44,726 nt of DNA from assembly GCA_043718225.1 (NCBI GenBank), contig JAYSWD010000100.1, positions 1 through 44,726 of the forward strand, written 5' to 3'. Below, in pieces: positions 43,010-44,726 of this stretch. Under the pieces are notes generated by a model. That model had not been told where the DNA came from. It saw nothing but the letters and a program-made list of their open reading frames with translations, and made no database searches. This DNA comes from Candidatus Omnitrophota bacterium (GTDB lineage Bacteria; Omnitrophota; Omnitrophia; Omnitrophales; Aquincolibacteriaceae). Position 1 is the stretch's first letter. Every line of letters starts with the position of its first letter. A program made the translations under genes and the position numbers.

Positions 43010-44726
43010 GTCCCGATGAACTTAAAGCGGTTACGCGGATTATTTTTGAAAGAAAGATCTTGGACGGGAAAGCCGAAGACGCGGGTTTGTTTGAACGGGA
43101 CCTAGCGCTTTTCGTGCTCAAAGAAAGTTTTAATCCAGATTCCGTAGCCGCGCTGGAAAACATCCGCCGGTTTTGGAAAATAATTCTAAAGGCGGGCGAA
43201 TTCCAACCGCAAAATCTTGTTATTTCAGAGCCTGAGCAGCCCTTAAAAACTTTTATATGGAATCTCACAGAAGGGCAGAAGGCGGCAGGGCCTGTCAGCC
43301 CGGGCGATTTAGTGATCGTGGGTTTAACGCCGTCGACGGCCGGCGAGCTTCTGGTTGGCAGTAGTTCGGAAAAGATTTTGTTTTCTTCCCCGCTTACTTT
43401 ATTAAGGGGCGCCACTCCGTCCGGGTTGAACAAAGTTAAGGTGGTTCAAGGCGGGCCGGTAACCTTTGCCATGCAGAATTCTGATACGGTTGTGGCCGCC
43501 CAAGTCGAGTCGGGAGGCATTGCGAACATCGCTTTTATTCAAATATCTGATTCGGTGAAACGTTTAGCCGCGAATCTTGGTGTGATGGTAAATGATGTTG
43601 CGGGTATTAGCCCATGGATGATTTATAAGTATGGCCAAGCGTTCCTAGCTTTAGAAACAATCGACCCCAAGACAAGGCAGATGTACATTGTGATTGCTGA
43701 TATTTCGAATCATTTCGGACTGCCTTCACCGATGAAGCCAGCGAGTGAAATGGTTATCGCGAAAATCGCAGGTGATTCTTTTAAAATGGACGTGAATAAG
43801 CAGATCGTTCGAATTTTTATAGGTGATCACGCCACTGCGCTTGTGGATTTAAAAACAAGTGCGATATACGGCGATGAAAGATTAGTTCCTAACGCCATCA
43901 GAAATCACAAGGGTGAAATTCTCGATCCCGAAAAGATCTTTCAGACACGCGATCTCCAGAAAATGATCGCGCTGCTGAATCAAATGGCAAACGAAAATCA
44001 AGTTGCTATCGTTGCTAAAGAACTTTTTGAGCAAGCCATTTACTTTCTTTATAAGGAGCCTTCATTTGAGGCGATGCAGGCTTGGGCTAAAAAACAAAAG
44101 CATGAGCAGGACAAGCGTGACGCAAACAGCACTTACACCGCAGCGTTTTTAAACGCGGATCAAGAACAGCTGGTCGCTTCGCAGCTTATGCGGAATCCCT
44201 TTCAAAATTTTTATCCTCCTGTTACGCAAATCATTCATTTTAAAAATGATGTTGATGCGAACCACAGTTTTGTGATTTCGTATACGCGCAATGCCGACGC
44301 TCCGGCGGAGGGCATTTTCCGAATTCTGGAAATGCTTCCAGGCGGCGGAATGACGATTCGGCAGGAGCGTACCGGTATTTATACCGGTTTTTCAATTACC
44401 ACCCTGGGAGTTGTAACGCTTCTGAATCAAGCCGGAGGTGTCGCGCATTTTGATTTGCGCAAAGGCATCGACTTGAGTAAGGGGTCTATGATCCCCAAGC
44501 GCTCCGAAATGCGCATTGACCTTGGTGCCATGCCGCGGACCATGAGCATTATTCCGGGCCATGACTATTGGGAGATTGTCGTGCCAGCGGGGGAAACACG
44601 CGCGAGGCTTTTGCTCGCCGTCATTGCAAATATGGTCAATCCACTCAACTCTGCCAGGATTGCGGAAGTTACGAAACGCATTCAGGGCGCGTTCGCGGGA
44701 GGATTTGATAGAGTTGTGGTGATCGC
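42901..44726 (+). CDS. Open reading frame continuing in the -1 frame past the giant ORF stop (at least 608 codons, 3'-partial)
   Basis: Frame 1 is open from the stop at 42898-42900 to the window end. It overlaps the last 109 nt of the giant ORF, which is in frame 2. The first in-frame ATG is at 43468. It contains 'PKRSEMRIDLG' with the same CGCTCCGAAATGCG nucleotide motif as the giant ORF. Confidence 0.45.

Noticed and set aside
1-44726. CRISPR arrays, rRNA genes, tmRNA/RNase P/SRP RNA, toxin-antitoxin or restriction-modification cassettes
   Set aside because: I scanned for regularly spaced direct repeats of 25-40 nt, for rRNA-like conserved blocks and for signature ncRNA motifs (GGUUCGA-containing tmRNA ends, the RNase P 'GAGGAAAGUCC'). 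None were found.

Overview
This 44.7-kb window looks bacterial and is probably from an uncultivated diderm lineage. The basis for that guess is a SurA-PdxA-KsgA operon, gatCAB-dependent Gln/Asn-tRNA formation, lipoprotein signal peptides, moderate-to-low GC and many overlapping start/stop junctions. Almost every gene is on the + strand.

The first 28 kb is housekeeping:
- rplQ (5'-partial), a class-I aminotransferase, and a half-length Mfd
- surA-pdxA-ksgA-ispB-rsmI-purN
- two small membrane/lipoprotein ORFs and an S9 oligopeptidase
- gatC-gatA-gatB-tsaD
- a flotillin-like SPFH gene
- hisG plus an unlisted 32-aa bS22-like ORF, then ispE
- a minus-strand tRNA (Gln-UUG, tentative), a GIY-YIG nuclease and clpX
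- two ABC permeases, then glmU-prs

At about 28.0 kb sits a REP-associated tyrosine transposase (RAYT/IS200-like, minus strand) flanked by two near-identical GC-rich 21-bp hairpins. It lies immediately upstream of a giant + strand ORF (28958..43009, 4683 aa).

The giant protein has a signal peptide and about 8 TM helices in 4 clusters. It carries an internal NagB/GlcN6P-deaminase-like domain whose catalytic Asp/His appear substituted, and a ROK/ASKHA sugar-kinase-like domain. It also has Ala/Pro-rich linkers and a short 'RSE(M/F)R' motif that recurs 11 times with strikingly conserved codons (CGY-TCY-GAA-ATG/TTY-CGN). The reading frame continues past the stop in the -1 frame for at least 600 more codons to the window edge, and that stretch carries the same motif. 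This could be a split or frameshifted gene, or programmed slippage at a U_UUA_AAA site.

Other recurring signals:
- Runs of 3-5 tandem heptanucleotides (STRR-like), both intergenic and in-frame inside genes, including the N-terminus of the giant gene and the surA signal peptide.
- A roughly 105-nt intergenic element in three copies with copy-specific stems.
- Roughly 68-nt direct repeats bracketing the flotillin gene.
- Several perfect long hairpins.

I found no CRISPR array, no rRNA and no obvious defence cassette.

All domain calls are from reading motifs by eye. None was searched against a database.
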